From Deltaproteobacteria bacterium (GTDB taxonomy: Bacteria; JAMCPX01), in contig JAMCVD010000084.1 of assembly GCA_023381995.1 (NCBI GenBank), positions 1,010 to 65,009 on the forward strand: a DNA stretch of 64,000 bases. Reading direction: 5' to 3'. Position 1 is the first letter of the stretch, and every line of letters starts with the position of its first letter. The notes beneath the pieces were generated by a model. It had not been told where the DNA came from, did no database searches, and saw only the letters and a list, made by a program, of their open reading frames with translations. The translations under genes and the position numbers were made by a program. Positions 46,445 to 55,393 of the stretch are shown in pieces.

Positions 46445-48106
46445 GTGGCGGCCGACGATCAAAGCGTAGCCTATGACGTCGCGGTCATAGGCGGGGGCAT
46501 CAACGGCACCGGCATAGCGAGGGACTGTGCCATGAGGGGCCTGAAGGTCGTCCTGTTCGAGAAGAACGACCTCTCTTCCGGGGCAACAGGCGCATGTACA
46601 GGCATGATCCACGGCGGCGCGCGGTACCTCTTGAACGATATCCATACGACATACCTTTCGAGCCTCGACTCCGGCTATATCCAGAAAATCGCCCCTCACC
46701 TGCTGTTCAGGATACCCTTCGTGACGCCGGTGCTGAAGCAGGACGCCGCACCGAACGTCTACCTCGAGCTGCTTGAGACGTTTTTCGAGGCGTACGACAG
46801 ATTCGCTCCCCTCAAGAACAGCAAGCCGCACACCAGGCTCACGAAGGACGAGCTCAAGGCGATCGAGCCCGGTATCACTGATGACGCCATAGGCGCGATC
46901 TCGTTCGACGAGTACGGTATCGACACCTTCAGGCTGTGTGTGGAAAACGCGCTGTCTGCAGCGGAACACGGGGCTGGGATACACAACCATACCGAGGTCG
47001 TGCAGCTCTTGATGGAGGGCCGCGAGGTAAGGGGGGTAAGGGTGAGGGACACGCTCACGGGCTGGGCCGGGGACGTCCATGCAAAGCTTGTCATGAATGC
47101 GGCCGGGCCATGGCTCCCGGGTATCGCGGGGCTTGCAGGGACGAACGTCCGGATACGGCCGGGCAAGGGCATACACCTTATACTGGACAGGCGCGCATCG
47201 AATATAGGCATCGTCATAAAGGCAATAGACGGCAGGCAGGTGTTCATGATGCCGCACGACAACACCTTCATCATCGGCACCACGGACGACGACTACTACG
47301 GGGACCTCGACAGCCTGCGGGCGACACGAGACGAGATCGAATACCTTCTGCAGGCCGCTGAGCACTATTTCCCGCGCATACGGGAATACAGGATCATGCG
47401 CGTGATGATTGGCGTCAGACCCACCCTCTACGCCTGGGGAAAGAACGAGGACTCGCTCTACAGGGAGCACAGGGTCTTCGACCACGAGACCGAAGACGGC
47501 ATCAAGGGCTTCCTGACAATAGCGGGCGGAAAGCTCGCAAGCTACAGGCTCATGTCGGAAGAGGCAACGGACGTCATATGCAGCAAGCTTGGGTGTAAAG
47601 GGACGTGCAGGACCCATACGGATCCGCTGCCGGGCGGCCGCTCCGTCCCGGACATCAAAAAGATCGCACAGCAGTACTCCATGGACACCTATGCCGTCTC
47701 GAGGATGGCCTACCGGCACGGCTCCATGACAGAGGAGATCCTGAAGTCGACGGTGGGAGAGGCTTCCAACAGCGCTCTGGTGTGCGAGTGCGAGCCTGTC
47801 ACAGAGGCAGAGGTCAGGTATGCCGTTCGGAACGAATGGGCAAGGACGGTCCCGGACCTTCGGAGAAGGACCAGGCTCGGCACAGGCCCGTGCCAGGGAA
47901 GAAGGTGCGCGGTCCGGGCGGCGTACATCCTCGGCGAGGAGCTCGGGCTCGGCTCAGACGGGATCAAGGGGCTCATAGAAGGCTTTATCAAGGAGCGCTG
48001 GAAAGGGAACGCGCCGATCCTTGCAGATAAGCAGCTTGCGGAGGCAGAACTGAATCTTGCGACGCACATACTCTCTGACAGCCTGAACGCCATTCTCGAG
48101 GAGTGA
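46445..48106 (+). CDS. glpA: Anaerobic glycerol-3-phosphate dehydrogenase subunit A
   Basis: 553 aa. It has an FAD-binding N-terminus (DVAVIGGGINGTGIARD) and a C-terminal BFD-like [2Fe-2S] domain (CECEPVTEAEV...GTGPCQGRRC). Confidence 0.8.
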   Translation: MAADDQSVAYDVAVIGGGINGTGIARDCAMRGLKVVLFEKNDLSSGATGACTGMIHGGARYLLNDIHTTYLSSLDSGYIQKIAPHLLFRIPFVTPVLKQDAAPNVYLELLETFFEAYDRFAPLKNSKPHTRLTKDELKAIEPGITDDAIGAISFDEYGIDTFRLCVENALSAAEHGAGIHNHTEVVQLLMEGREVRGVRVRDTLTGWAGDVHAKLVMNAAGPWLPGIAGLAGTNVRIRPGKGIHLILDRRASNIGIVIKAIDGRQVFMMPHDNTFIIGTTDDDYYGDLDSLRATRDEIEYLLQAAEHYFPRIREYRIMRVMIGVRPTLYAWGKNEDSLYREHRVFDHETEDGIKGFLTIAGGKLASYRLMSEEATDVICSKLGCKGTCRTHTDPLPGGRSVPDIKKIAQQYSMDTYAVSRMAYRHGSMTEEILKSTVGEASNSALVCECEPVTEAEVRYAVRNEWARTVPDLRRRTRLGTGPCQGRRCAVRAAYILGEELGLGSDGIKGLIEGFIKERWKGNAPILADKQLAEAELNLATHILSDSLNAILEE

Positions 48107-49443
48107 CTATGGACTACGACGTAATAGTCATCGGCAGCGGTATTGCCGGTACACTTGCTGCAATCAATGCGGCCAGGACGAAAAGGGTCGCCGTTGTCAG
48201 GAAGGGATACGGCGCGACTGCGCTGTCTTCCGGGGCATTCGACATCGCGGGCAAGGGGGGCAGAAGGGGCAGGCCGTTCAAAGGTATCCTGAGCCTGTCC
48301 GAGGCAATCGGCAACATCCTCGACAACGAGCCCCTCCATCCCTACTCGATACTCTCAACCGCCTTTATGGGCGACCGGTTCAACGAGTTCTCAGGCATGG
48401 TCAGGACCATTGGCGATCAGCTCTTCGGCGAGCTGGGGGCAGACGGGATGCGGTATGAAGGCTCATGGGAGAGCACCGCGATCATACCCAACCAGCATGG
48501 TACCTTCAAGATCACTTCCTTCTGTCAGTCGTCCATGATCTCCGGTAACCTGACAAGGCTGATGGGCAGGGCGATACTGTTCATAGGCTTTGAGAGGACG
48601 GCCGTGCACAACAAGACACGGGCATCGTTCATCTCGGACACCCTCTCAAAATACGGTCTTGCGCCCTTCAAGAGCATCGACTGTGCGAACATCGACCTCC
48701 AGTCCCACGGCATACGATGCGACGGGTATGACTTTATATCCATCGCCGGCATGATGGACAATGCGGAGTACTCAAAAAGGGTGTTGGGCATCCTGAGGCA
48801 GTCGCTGGACCGGATGGAGTATGAGCATGTCTTTCTTCCTCCGATCATGGGCATAGCGAACCACAGGGACGTCCTGAAGATGTTCACGGACAGCTTCGGG
48901 GATACCGTCTCCGAGTTCATGTCACCCCCCTCCTCCGCCCCGGGCCTGAGACTGCAGTACGCGCTCGACAGGCTCCTCGCCCGACACGGCGTCGCGATCA
49001 TAGACGGGGACGCAGCGGGCACTGGGCCCGGCGACGCGATAAAGACGATACGGGTGTCATTCAAGGACGGAAGGAAGGCGTCCCTGTCCGCAGACAGCTT
49101 CGTACTCGCAACCGGCAAGTTCATCAGTGGCGGCATCGTCAACGGCAGAACGTGGCAGGAGGCCGTATTCGGCCTGCCCGTTTTCATAGGTACGCACCGG
49201 GTGAGGGACCCGTTCCCCATGGGCCACCTTACTGACGACCCGTTCGACAAGCAGGAGCTCTTCTCGATAGGCGTGAGGACGGACAGTAGCCTCAGGCCGG
49301 TCGATGCGAACGGCAGGACCGTGTACAAAAACCTCCATGCGGCAGGCTCCGTCCTGTCCGGATACAACTACCTCTACGACAAGACAGGCATGGGCACGGC
49401 AATGATAACGGGTGCACGGGCAGGTATATTCTCGGCAGGGTAG
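48103..49443 (+). CDS. glpB: Anaerobic glycerol-3-phosphate dehydrogenase subunit B
   Basis: 446 aa. It has an FAD-binding N-terminus (DVIVIGSGIAGTLAA), overlaps glpA by 4 nt, and shows GlpB-like length and architecture. Confidence 0.75.
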   Translation: MTMDYDVIVIGSGIAGTLAAINAARTKRVAVVRKGYGATALSSGAFDIAGKGGRRGRPFKGILSLSEAIGNILDNEPLHPYSILSTAFMGDRFNEFSGMVRTIGDQLFGELGADGMRYEGSWESTAIIPNQHGTFKITSFCQSSMISGNLTRLMGRAILFIGFERTAVHNKTRASFISDTLSKYGLAPFKSIDCANIDLQSHGIRCDGYDFISIAGMMDNAEYSKRVLGILRQSLDRMEYEHVFLPPIMGIANHRDVLKMFTDSFGDTVSEFMSPPSSAPGLRLQYALDRLLARHGVAIIDGDAAGTGPGDAIKTIRVSFKDGRKASLSADSFVLATGKFISGGIVNGRTWQEAVFGLPVFIGTHRVRDPFPMGHLTDDPFDKQELFSIGVRTDSSLRPVDANGRTVYKNLHAAGSVLSGYNYLYDKTGMGTAMITGARAGIFSAG

Positions 49444-49445
49444 CC

Positions 49446-49859
49446 ATGGGCAAAAAGGACATACTCGCAATATTCAATCTCGTATACAGGCTGGTCATCC
49501 ATATCCTCAAAAAGCCCATAGACCGGATAAAGGGCCACCGGGGCTACGACGCCTTCGTCAACCAGTACAGAGGGCTTACCCCGGTAAGCGCAGAGGCACG
49601 GGCCCTCTACCCGTCCCTGTCTGGCTGCATAGACTGCGGCATCTGCATAGCCGAGTGCAGCGAGATACGGCATGAGGTGCCGCCCGTCTACCTTTTCGTA
49701 AGCTACTCCAGGCTCCTGCCCGAGCTCTTCTATTCGGACAGGCTCCTCCATGCCTGCATGGACTGCGATACGTGCCTTGTCCACTGTCCCACGGGCCTGC
49801 AGATGAAGCAACTGGCGATCCTGTACAGAGGGATGGTCGATCCAGATCCATATTTATGA
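49446..49859 (+). CDS. 2x[4Fe-4S] ferredoxin-domain protein, truncated GlpC-like (lacks CCG domains)
   Basis: 137 aa. It has two CxxCxxCxxxC(P) motifs (CIDCGICIAEC; CMDCDTCLVHCP). It begins 3 nt after the glpB stop. Canonical GlpC is about 400 aa with two cysteine-rich CCG domains, which are absent here. Confidence 0.6.
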   Translation: MGKKDILAIFNLVYRLVIHILKKPIDRIKGHRGYDAFVNQYRGLTPVSAEARALYPSLSGCIDCGICIAECSEIRHEVPPVYLFVSYSRLLPELFYSDRLLHACMDCDTCLVHCPTGLQMKQLAILYRGMVDPDPYL

Positions 49860-49892
49860 CAGGGAGGACGAGCTATAAGATTATCAAATTCC

Positions 49893-50492
49893 ATGATGTC
49901 GAATGTCGAGAAATTTTTCGTGAACAGGCCACACCGGAGCCGGATAGCCGAGAAGGGCGCCGAGCGCATGCTCGGGTACATCAACACCGGAGACGTAAAC
50001 CCCGGACTGAGGTATCTCGAAGTAGGATGCGGCAACGGTGCGGCTGCGGTACACATAGCTTCGAGATATAGCCTCAACGTTACGGGCATAGACGTTGATC
50101 CGGATCAGATCACGCAGGCGCAGGAGCGCGGCAAAGGCATGGGGAATGTCCATTTCAATGTCGGTGACGGCGCGAAGCTTTCCTTCCCGGACAATACGTT
50201 CGATATCGTGTACACGTTCTACACGACCCACCACATCGCCGATTGGCTGGGTACGGCCTCGGAGATAGAAAGGGTATTGAAGCCCGGCGGATACTTCGTA
50301 TACGTTGATATTGTTTATCCGGAATGGTTTGCAGAGGCGGGGAAGGTCTTGTTTAAAAACCACGGGTTCCCGACCGCTAACGCCTTAAAGGAATTTTTGC
50401 AAAAGCGCGGCCTTTCAAAGGTACACTTTTCAAAGCATTCGACCTATTGCGAAGCTGTGTTTAGAAAAGCGAACAGGGCTGGTGGAGTCTGA
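49893..50492 (+). CDS. Class I SAM-dependent methyltransferase
   Basis: 199 aa with the SAM-binding motif I LEVGCGNGAAAVHIA and motif post-I/II (VTGIDVD, FDIVYT). Confidence 0.7.
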   Translation: MMSNVEKFFVNRPHRSRIAEKGAERMLGYINTGDVNPGLRYLEVGCGNGAAAVHIASRYSLNVTGIDVDPDQITQAQERGKGMGNVHFNVGDGAKLSFPDNTFDIVYTFYTTHHIADWLGTASEIERVLKPGGYFVYVDIVYPEWFAEAGKVLFKNHGFPTANALKEFLQKRGLSKVHFSKHSTYCEAVFRKANRAGGV

Positions 50493-50619
50493 GGTCTGTA
50501 ATTTATTTTCTCATCGAATGTACTAATCGTTTAATCCCTTTCCCTTGAGAATTTGCTGTATACATTTTTCAACCCTCGACTCCCGGGTTTTGGATTGTTT
50601 GGGTGCAGAAAAATAAAAG

Positions 50620-50643
50620 TTGACAGTCGAGAACGATCGTTCT
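50620..50643 (+). promoter_or_regulatory. TTGACA hexamer followed by a perfect 14-bp palindrome AGAACGATCGTTCT (operator-like)
   Basis: Read directly. TTGACA is at 50620-50625 and the palindrome at 50630-50643. It sits in an AT-rich stretch between two convergent genes. Confidence 0.3.
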
Positions 50644-50844
50644 TAATTTTTCGTATTCTTTCCGCCACTTCTTGGCTTTCCTCAAAAATGCGTCAACCCC
50701 GGGATTCATTTATTGATACTCCTCAGCATTGTCTTGACCCTTCTTTCATTTTTTATTGAGAGCTTGTGTTCGCATTCTAAGTAAATCTCTTTCAGTGCAT
50801 CGCTACTTGGCAAACTGTCCGTTTCCCCTTATTTTTTGTATCTC

Positions 50845-51216
50845 TCACTTCTTGCCGCCTTCCAGGTGGAACATGTGCAGGAAGCGGTGGAATACCGGGG
50901 CGAGGAGTATGCCCGCAGCTACGAGGAAGACGATGCCGGAAAAGAGCGCGTAGCATCCTGCGAATATCTTGCCTGTGGTGGTATGGATCTCGTTTACCGG
51001 CCCCATGCCCCCGAGTATCATCGAAGCGTTCAGGAACGAGTCGACCCAGTGGAGCCCCTCGGTGAAATGGTACCCCAGCATCCCTATCGAAAGGGCAGCT
51101 ACTGCTATCAGTAATGCCAGCATTCCGCTCCTCAGGAGGCGTATGAAAAATACGTTCAGAGTGGCGAGAGGCTGGGTCTTATGCTCGTATACGGGGAGCA
51201 GACGTATCTTTTTCAT
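50845..51216 (-). CDS. Small 2-TM membrane protein with a pore-loop-like segment (possible ion-channel-like protein)
   Basis: 123 aa. It has TM1 (MLALLIAVAALSIGMLGYHF), then HWVDSFLNASMILGGMGPVN, then TM2 (IFAGCYALFSGIVFLVAAGILLAPVF). This layout echoes the KcsA-type TM1-pore helix-filter-TM2 arrangement, with GGMGP in place of GYGD. Confidence 0.4.
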   Translation of the reverse strand: MKKIRLLPVYEHKTQPLATLNVFFIRLLRSGMLALLIAVAALSIGMLGYHFTEGLHWVDSFLNASMILGGMGPVNEIHTTTGKIFAGCYALFSGIVFLVAAGILLAPVFHRFLHMFHLEGGKK

Positions 51217-51533
51217 ATTTGCTTTCTATGAGCTCCCGCCCTTATCGATAATCCTGGTAAACGGTTTTCGCGCATGATTGATGAATGCGTTGAACTGTAT
51301 GACAACCTCGACATATGAATCAACATCCGCCTTTCCGCCTTCCACAGACAAGTTTAAAATGCATCAAGGAAAGCCTTCTCCTTTTCAACGGTATTCTCTA
51401 TACCATTAGTACACGGTTTACTCCACACATGCAAGGAAGCACGAATGAAAGGCCGTCTCCGGGGCTGCGCAGGTTACAGCGATGCCGTCCGCTTTACCTG
51501 CGGTACGGAATGGTATAAAGAGAGAATAAAAGC

Positions 51534-52166
51534 ATGGAAGACTACGGTATACATCTTAAAAAAGGCAGTCGATGTTCCGATGTTGCCCTGAGCATCGGGA
51601 ACAGCCGAGGCGACACAAACCTTTATGATAAGCTTGCGCCGGGCGACATACTCCTTACACGGACACACGGTATCTTCTATGCGCTGTGGAGAAAGCTCTC
51701 TTGTACCCTGTACGATCACTCCGCGGTCGTGCTGGAAGACAACGAGACCATGAACGTCGTCTACCCTGTTACCAAAAAACTGCCGGCCTCCCATTTCTTC
51801 AGGTCCGGCAAGTCCCCGATGGTCTTACGGCCCGTATGGAAGAACGGGGAACAGACGAGGGAGTTCCTGCGTTCCATGCGGCGGCTCGAAGGCACCCATT
51901 ACAACTCGTTCAGGGGCATCATAAACATATCGAACATGATGATCTACTACAGGCTGGGGCTGAAGATCCCGTTGAAAATCCCTGCGCTGACATCCAGGAG
52001 GTGGGTGTGTACCGACGCAATCCTCATGCACCTGCACAATATTGTACCAGGGTTCTCCGGTATAGGAACATTGGACCTCGACCTCTTCAGGTTCGGCTTC
52101 ACATCGCCGAATGATTTTTTAAGGATAGCCTATTACAGGCCGGACATCCTGAAAAAGGTCGGATAG
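51534..52166 (+). CDS. Hypothetical protein; tentatively a permuted papain-fold (YiiX/YaeF, C92-like) hydrolase
   Basis: 210 aa with no strong motif. The tentative family call rests only on a His-before-Cys arrangement (DHSAVVL ... RRWVCTDAIL) and a PGDILLTR...HGIFYA segment. It looks AT-richer than the flanking genes. Confidence 0.35.
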   Translation: MEDYGIHLKKGSRCSDVALSIGNSRGDTNLYDKLAPGDILLTRTHGIFYALWRKLSCTLYDHSAVVLEDNETMNVVYPVTKKLPASHFFRSGKSPMVLRPVWKNGEQTREFLRSMRRLEGTHYNSFRGIINISNMMIYYRLGLKIPLKIPALTSRRWVCTDAILMHLHNIVPGFSGIGTLDLDLFRFGFTSPNDFLRIAYYRPDILKKVG

Positions 52167-52295
52167 GCATACGACCGCGGATGACAGGGCAGGTCCTCCT
52201 GCTGTACCCCTTCCCGTCTTTTACCGGCCAGACCACGTACGGGCTGTTGACGACTTCTCCCTTTTTGTCGAACTCGACGGTACCCAACAAGGGCC

Positions 52296-52868
52296 TTATT
52301 TTTTTGTCTGTACGCGCTCTATGTACTTGCCCTCGGACGTATCGACCTTGATCCTCGTCCCGACATCTATAAACGGCGGTACCTGGACGACGAGCCCCGT
52401 CTCCAGCTTCGCGGGCTTCGTCGTATTGGTGATCGTTGCGGTCTTCAGGTTGGGCTCGGTCTCGACGACCTCCAGATCTACCGTCAGCGGCAGCTCGACG
52501 CTTATCGGCTTGCCCTCGTAGAACGATATGGAGATCTTCGAATTCGGCACGATATACTTGATCTCGTCCCCGACCATGTCCTCTCCTATGATGAACTGCT
52601 CATAGGTCTCCGTGTCCATGAACACGTAGTGGTCGTCCTCCTTATAGAGGTACTCCATTTCCTTCTCGTCGAACGAGACCCTCTCGACCTTGTCCTCCGG
52701 CCTGAACCTGTTCTCCATGTTGGAGTCAGTCTTGATGTTCTTCAGTTTCGTCTGGACCATACCGCGCCAGTTTCCGGGCGTCACGTGGTTGACGTTCAGG
52801 ACCCTGTAAAGCTCCTTGTTGAACTCGATGATCATCCCCGTCCTGAGCCCCGTCGCTGCTATAAGCAT
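52296..52868 (-). CDS. efp: Elongation factor P homologue (tip residue Asn instead of Lys/Arg)
   Basis: 190 aa with collinear similarity to EF-P (KOW-like domain I, LPxTVxLEVVETEP, KPAKLETGLVVQVP). The loop is HVTPGNWRGM, against FVKPGKGQAF in E. coli. Confidence 0.9.
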   Translation of the reverse strand: MLIAATGLRTGMIIEFNKELYRVLNVNHVTPGNWRGMVQTKLKNIKTDSNMENRFRPEDKVERVSFDEKEMEYLYKEDDHYVFMDTETYEQFIIGEDMVGDEIKYIVPNSKISISFYEGKPISVELPLTVDLEVVETEPNLKTATITNTTKPAKLETGLVVQVPPFIDVGTRIKVDTSEGKYIERVQTKK

Positions 52869-52877
52869 GCTAACCTC

Positions 52878-54476
52878 CTAAAATATTTTTTTGCGAGTGT
52901 TAGAGCTTAATAACATTTTTGTGGAACTTGCAAGGTTTTTTATCTTTGCGTATGCGCCCGCGCCGAACGCGGCCGTCAGGGTCTTGAGCAACTCGTACTT
53001 CTCCCGGGAGTACGGATAGAACCACGGCCTCCACGTCATGGAGTCCGGCAGGTGGTCGATATTGATATGGTACGGGACGACCATCTCCATCAGGCCCATC
53101 TTTGAATGCGTCCTGCCCATACCGCTGTCCCTGATGCCGCCCCAGGGGGTCTCTGGCAGCCCGTAGGTATAGGCGTGCTCATTCACCGCGACGGAGCCCG
53201 CATCGATCTGCTTTGCGATCTCCTCACCCCTCTCCCTGTCCTTGGTCCAGACGGATGCCGTGAGGCCGTACACGGTATCATTGGCGAGCTTCACGGCCTC
53301 GTCCTCGCTGTTGACGACCATGATGGGCAGGAGTGGGCCGAACGTCTCCTCGGATACGCACTTCATCGAGTGGTTGACGTTGGTAAGCACCGTCGGGGGA
53401 TAGAAGAAGCCTTTCAGCTCCTTGAGCCGCTCGCCGCCGGTAAGTATGCTCGCCCCTTTCTGCCGCGCGTCCGCCACGTGCTCCTCAACGATCTTGAGCT
53501 GCCCCTCGTTGACCATGGGGCCCATATCGACATTGAAGTCGGTGTCCTGGCCGACCCTTATCTTCTTCGTCTTCTCCACGACCTTCTTGATGAACTCGTC
53601 CGCAACCTCTTTCATGACATACACACGCTCGATGGACGCGCACACCTGTCCCGCATTCGTAAAGGCGCCCCATACTGCGCCCCGTGCGGCGAGCTCGATA
53701 TTGGCGTCCTTGCACACGATCATGGGGTCCTTGCCCCCCAGTTCGAGCACGACCGGTATGAGGTACTTCGATGCAGCCTCCATCACCTGCTTGCCCACGG
53801 ACACGCTGCCCGTGAAGATGACCTTCCTTATCTTCGGTCCTATCATACTCTTTGCCACGGCGCTGCCGGGCGCGGATATAAAGCTGAACACGCCCTCCGG
53901 GAGGTCGACCGCTTTAAAGAGCTCCTCTATCTTCTTCCCGATGAACATCACGTCCGACGCCGGCTTGAACACAACGGTATTGCCTGCGAGCAGCGCAAGG
54001 GCAATCTCGCTCATGGGGATCGCAAAGGGGTAGTTCCACGGGGATATGACGGATATCACGCCGTACGGCCTGTAGTTGAGCTTGCTCGACTTTATGCCCC
54101 GTGCGAGGTGCAACGGTATGGGCTCGTCGGCGAGCATCTTGGCGGCCCTTTTTACGAAATAGTCTATAAGATCAACAACAAGCATGAGCTCAGCCAGCGA
54201 GGCCTCTATGCGCGGCTTGCCCATCTCCTTCGATATGATCTCCGCTATATCGTCGTAGTTCTTTATGAGCTGCTCCTTGACAGCACCGAGGTACTCACCC
54301 CTTCGTTCGAGAGAGAGGCCCGACCATGACGGGAAGGCCTTCTCTGCCATATCCACTCTCTGCTTTATCTCCGCGTCATCCATGATCCTGAGCTCGCCTA
54401 TAGGCTTGAGGTTCGCAGGATTTACGGACACGAAGTATCTTCCATCCGGTTTTGTTATCGTTCCTTTAAGACTCAT
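52878..54476 (-). CDS. NAD(P)-dependent aldehyde dehydrogenase
   Basis: The start is set at the ATG ending 54476 (MSLKGTITKPDGRYF...), which follows GGGAGGG. ALDH motifs are present (ELGGKDP, Cys region GQVCASIERVYV). The track ORF's N-terminal extension overlaps nothing real. Confidence 0.85.
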   Translation of the reverse strand: MSLKGTITKPDGRYFVSVNPANLKPIGELRIMDDAEIKQRVDMAEKAFPSWSGLSLERRGEYLGAVKEQLIKNYDDIAEIISKEMGKPRIEASLAELMLVVDLIDYFVKRAAKMLADEPIPLHLARGIKSSKLNYRPYGVISVISPWNYPFAIPMSEIALALLAGNTVVFKPASDVMFIGKKIEELFKAVDLPEGVFSFISAPGSAVAKSMIGPKIRKVIFTGSVSVGKQVMEAASKYLIPVVLELGGKDPMIVCKDANIELAARGAVWGAFTNAGQVCASIERVYVMKEVADEFIKKVVEKTKKIRVGQDTDFNVDMGPMVNEGQLKIVEEHVADARQKGASILTGGERLKELKGFFYPPTVLTNVNHSMKCVSEETFGPLLPIMVVNSEDEAVKLANDTVYGLTASVWTKDRERGEEIAKQIDAGSVAVNEHAYTYGLPETPWGGIRDSGMGRTHSKMGLMEMVVPYHINIDHLPDSMTWRPWFYPYSREKYELLKTLTAAFGAGAYAKIKNLASSTKMLLSSNTRKKIF

Positions 54477-54490
54477 ACAGCCCTCCCTGA

Positions 54491-54889
54491 TTATCTGCCT
54501 ACCTCGACCTCGGCAAACGCGTTGTTGATGACCTCGTCCCCGGTCTGTTTCTTCGCGACCAGCGTACATCTCGCCGTCCTGCCCTGGACCTCGGTGACGG
54601 TGCCCGTCACCGTTACGGTGTCTTCCGGGAGGACGGGCTTCGCAAACCGTACCTTCAGCTTCTTGACCCTGTACGGATCGCCCGACCAGTCGGACACCGT
54701 CTGCATCACGAATGCCATCGTACACAGGCCCTGCAGGATGTTCCCCCCGAGACCGACCATCTTTCCGAACTCCGCGTCTATGTGTATCGGGTTGAAGTCT
54801 CCTGACGCACCCGCATAGAATATGGGCCTGTACTTGTCCACCTCTTTCTGGAGCGTGAATGTCTCACCTGTCTTTGGATTTAACGTCAT
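54491..54889 (-). CDS. MaoC-like (R)-specific enoyl-CoA hydratase, hot-dog fold
   Basis: 132 aa. It has the hot-dog hydratase motif region FYAGASGDFNPIHIDAEFGK and GGAGG 5 nt upstream. Confidence 0.75.
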   Translation of the reverse strand: MTLNPKTGETFTLQKEVDKYRPIFYAGASGDFNPIHIDAEFGKMVGLGGNILQGLCTMAFVMQTVSDWSGDPYRVKKLKVRFAKPVLPEDTVTVTGTVTEVQGRTARCTLVAKKQTGDEVINNAFAEVEVGR

Positions 54890-54901
54890 CTATGCCTCCT
54901 T

Positions 54902-55342
54902 TTACCTTCTTATAACGAAAGTCCATTTGCCCCTGCTCAGCACCTTGCCGTCGGACTTCCTCTTCGAGGTACTGCCGACGACAACGAAGTCCTTGTCGCT
55001 CTTCTCGTAGATGTCCGCTATGTACCCTTCCGTGAGGATCACGTCGCCGGGCCGTACGACATCCACAAACTCGTACTCCTGCTCGCCGTGAACCAGCATG
55101 GCAATGTTCAACGCCATCTCATGGTCGAACAACGCCTGGCTCAGGACGTCCTTCGCGTACACCACGACAAACAGGGGCGGTGCGACGATCCCTTTGTACG
55201 GGCCCTGCTTTGCCTTCTGCTCGTCCATGTAGAGCGGGTTAAGGTCCCCCACCGCGGTCGCGTACTCTTTTATCTTCTCCCTGCATACCTCGTACTCGAC
55301 CGGAGGGTACTTCTTACCAATGAATTTCTTGTCTACCGCCAT
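54902..55342 (-). CDS. MaoC N-terminal-like hot-dog domain protein (non-catalytic hydratase partner)
   Basis: The start is at the ATG ending 55342 (MAVDKKFIG...), with a perfect AAGGAGG 5 nt upstream. It has a hot-dog fold without the catalytic D..H motif and is paired with the downstream MaoC gene. Confidence 0.65.
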   Translation of the reverse strand: MAVDKKFIGKKYPPVEYEVCREKIKEYATAVGDLNPLYMDEQKAKQGPYKGIVAPPLFVVVYAKDVLSQALFDHEMALNIAMLVHGEQEYEFVDVVRPGDVILTEGYIADIYEKSDKDFVVVGSTSKRKSDGKVLSRGKWTFVIRR

Positions 55343-55393
55343 AGTGTCCTCCTTTACTCTTTTTGCTATCGTAGTCCTTTCTTTCCCCACTGT

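Noticed and set aside
52878-54725. The 615-aa version of the aldehyde dehydrogenase ORF with an 83-aa N-terminal extension
   Set aside because: The extension is Gly/Arg-rich and overlaps the MaoC gene. The internal ATG at 54476 follows GGGAGGG and begins a normal ALDH N-terminus, so the start was moved.
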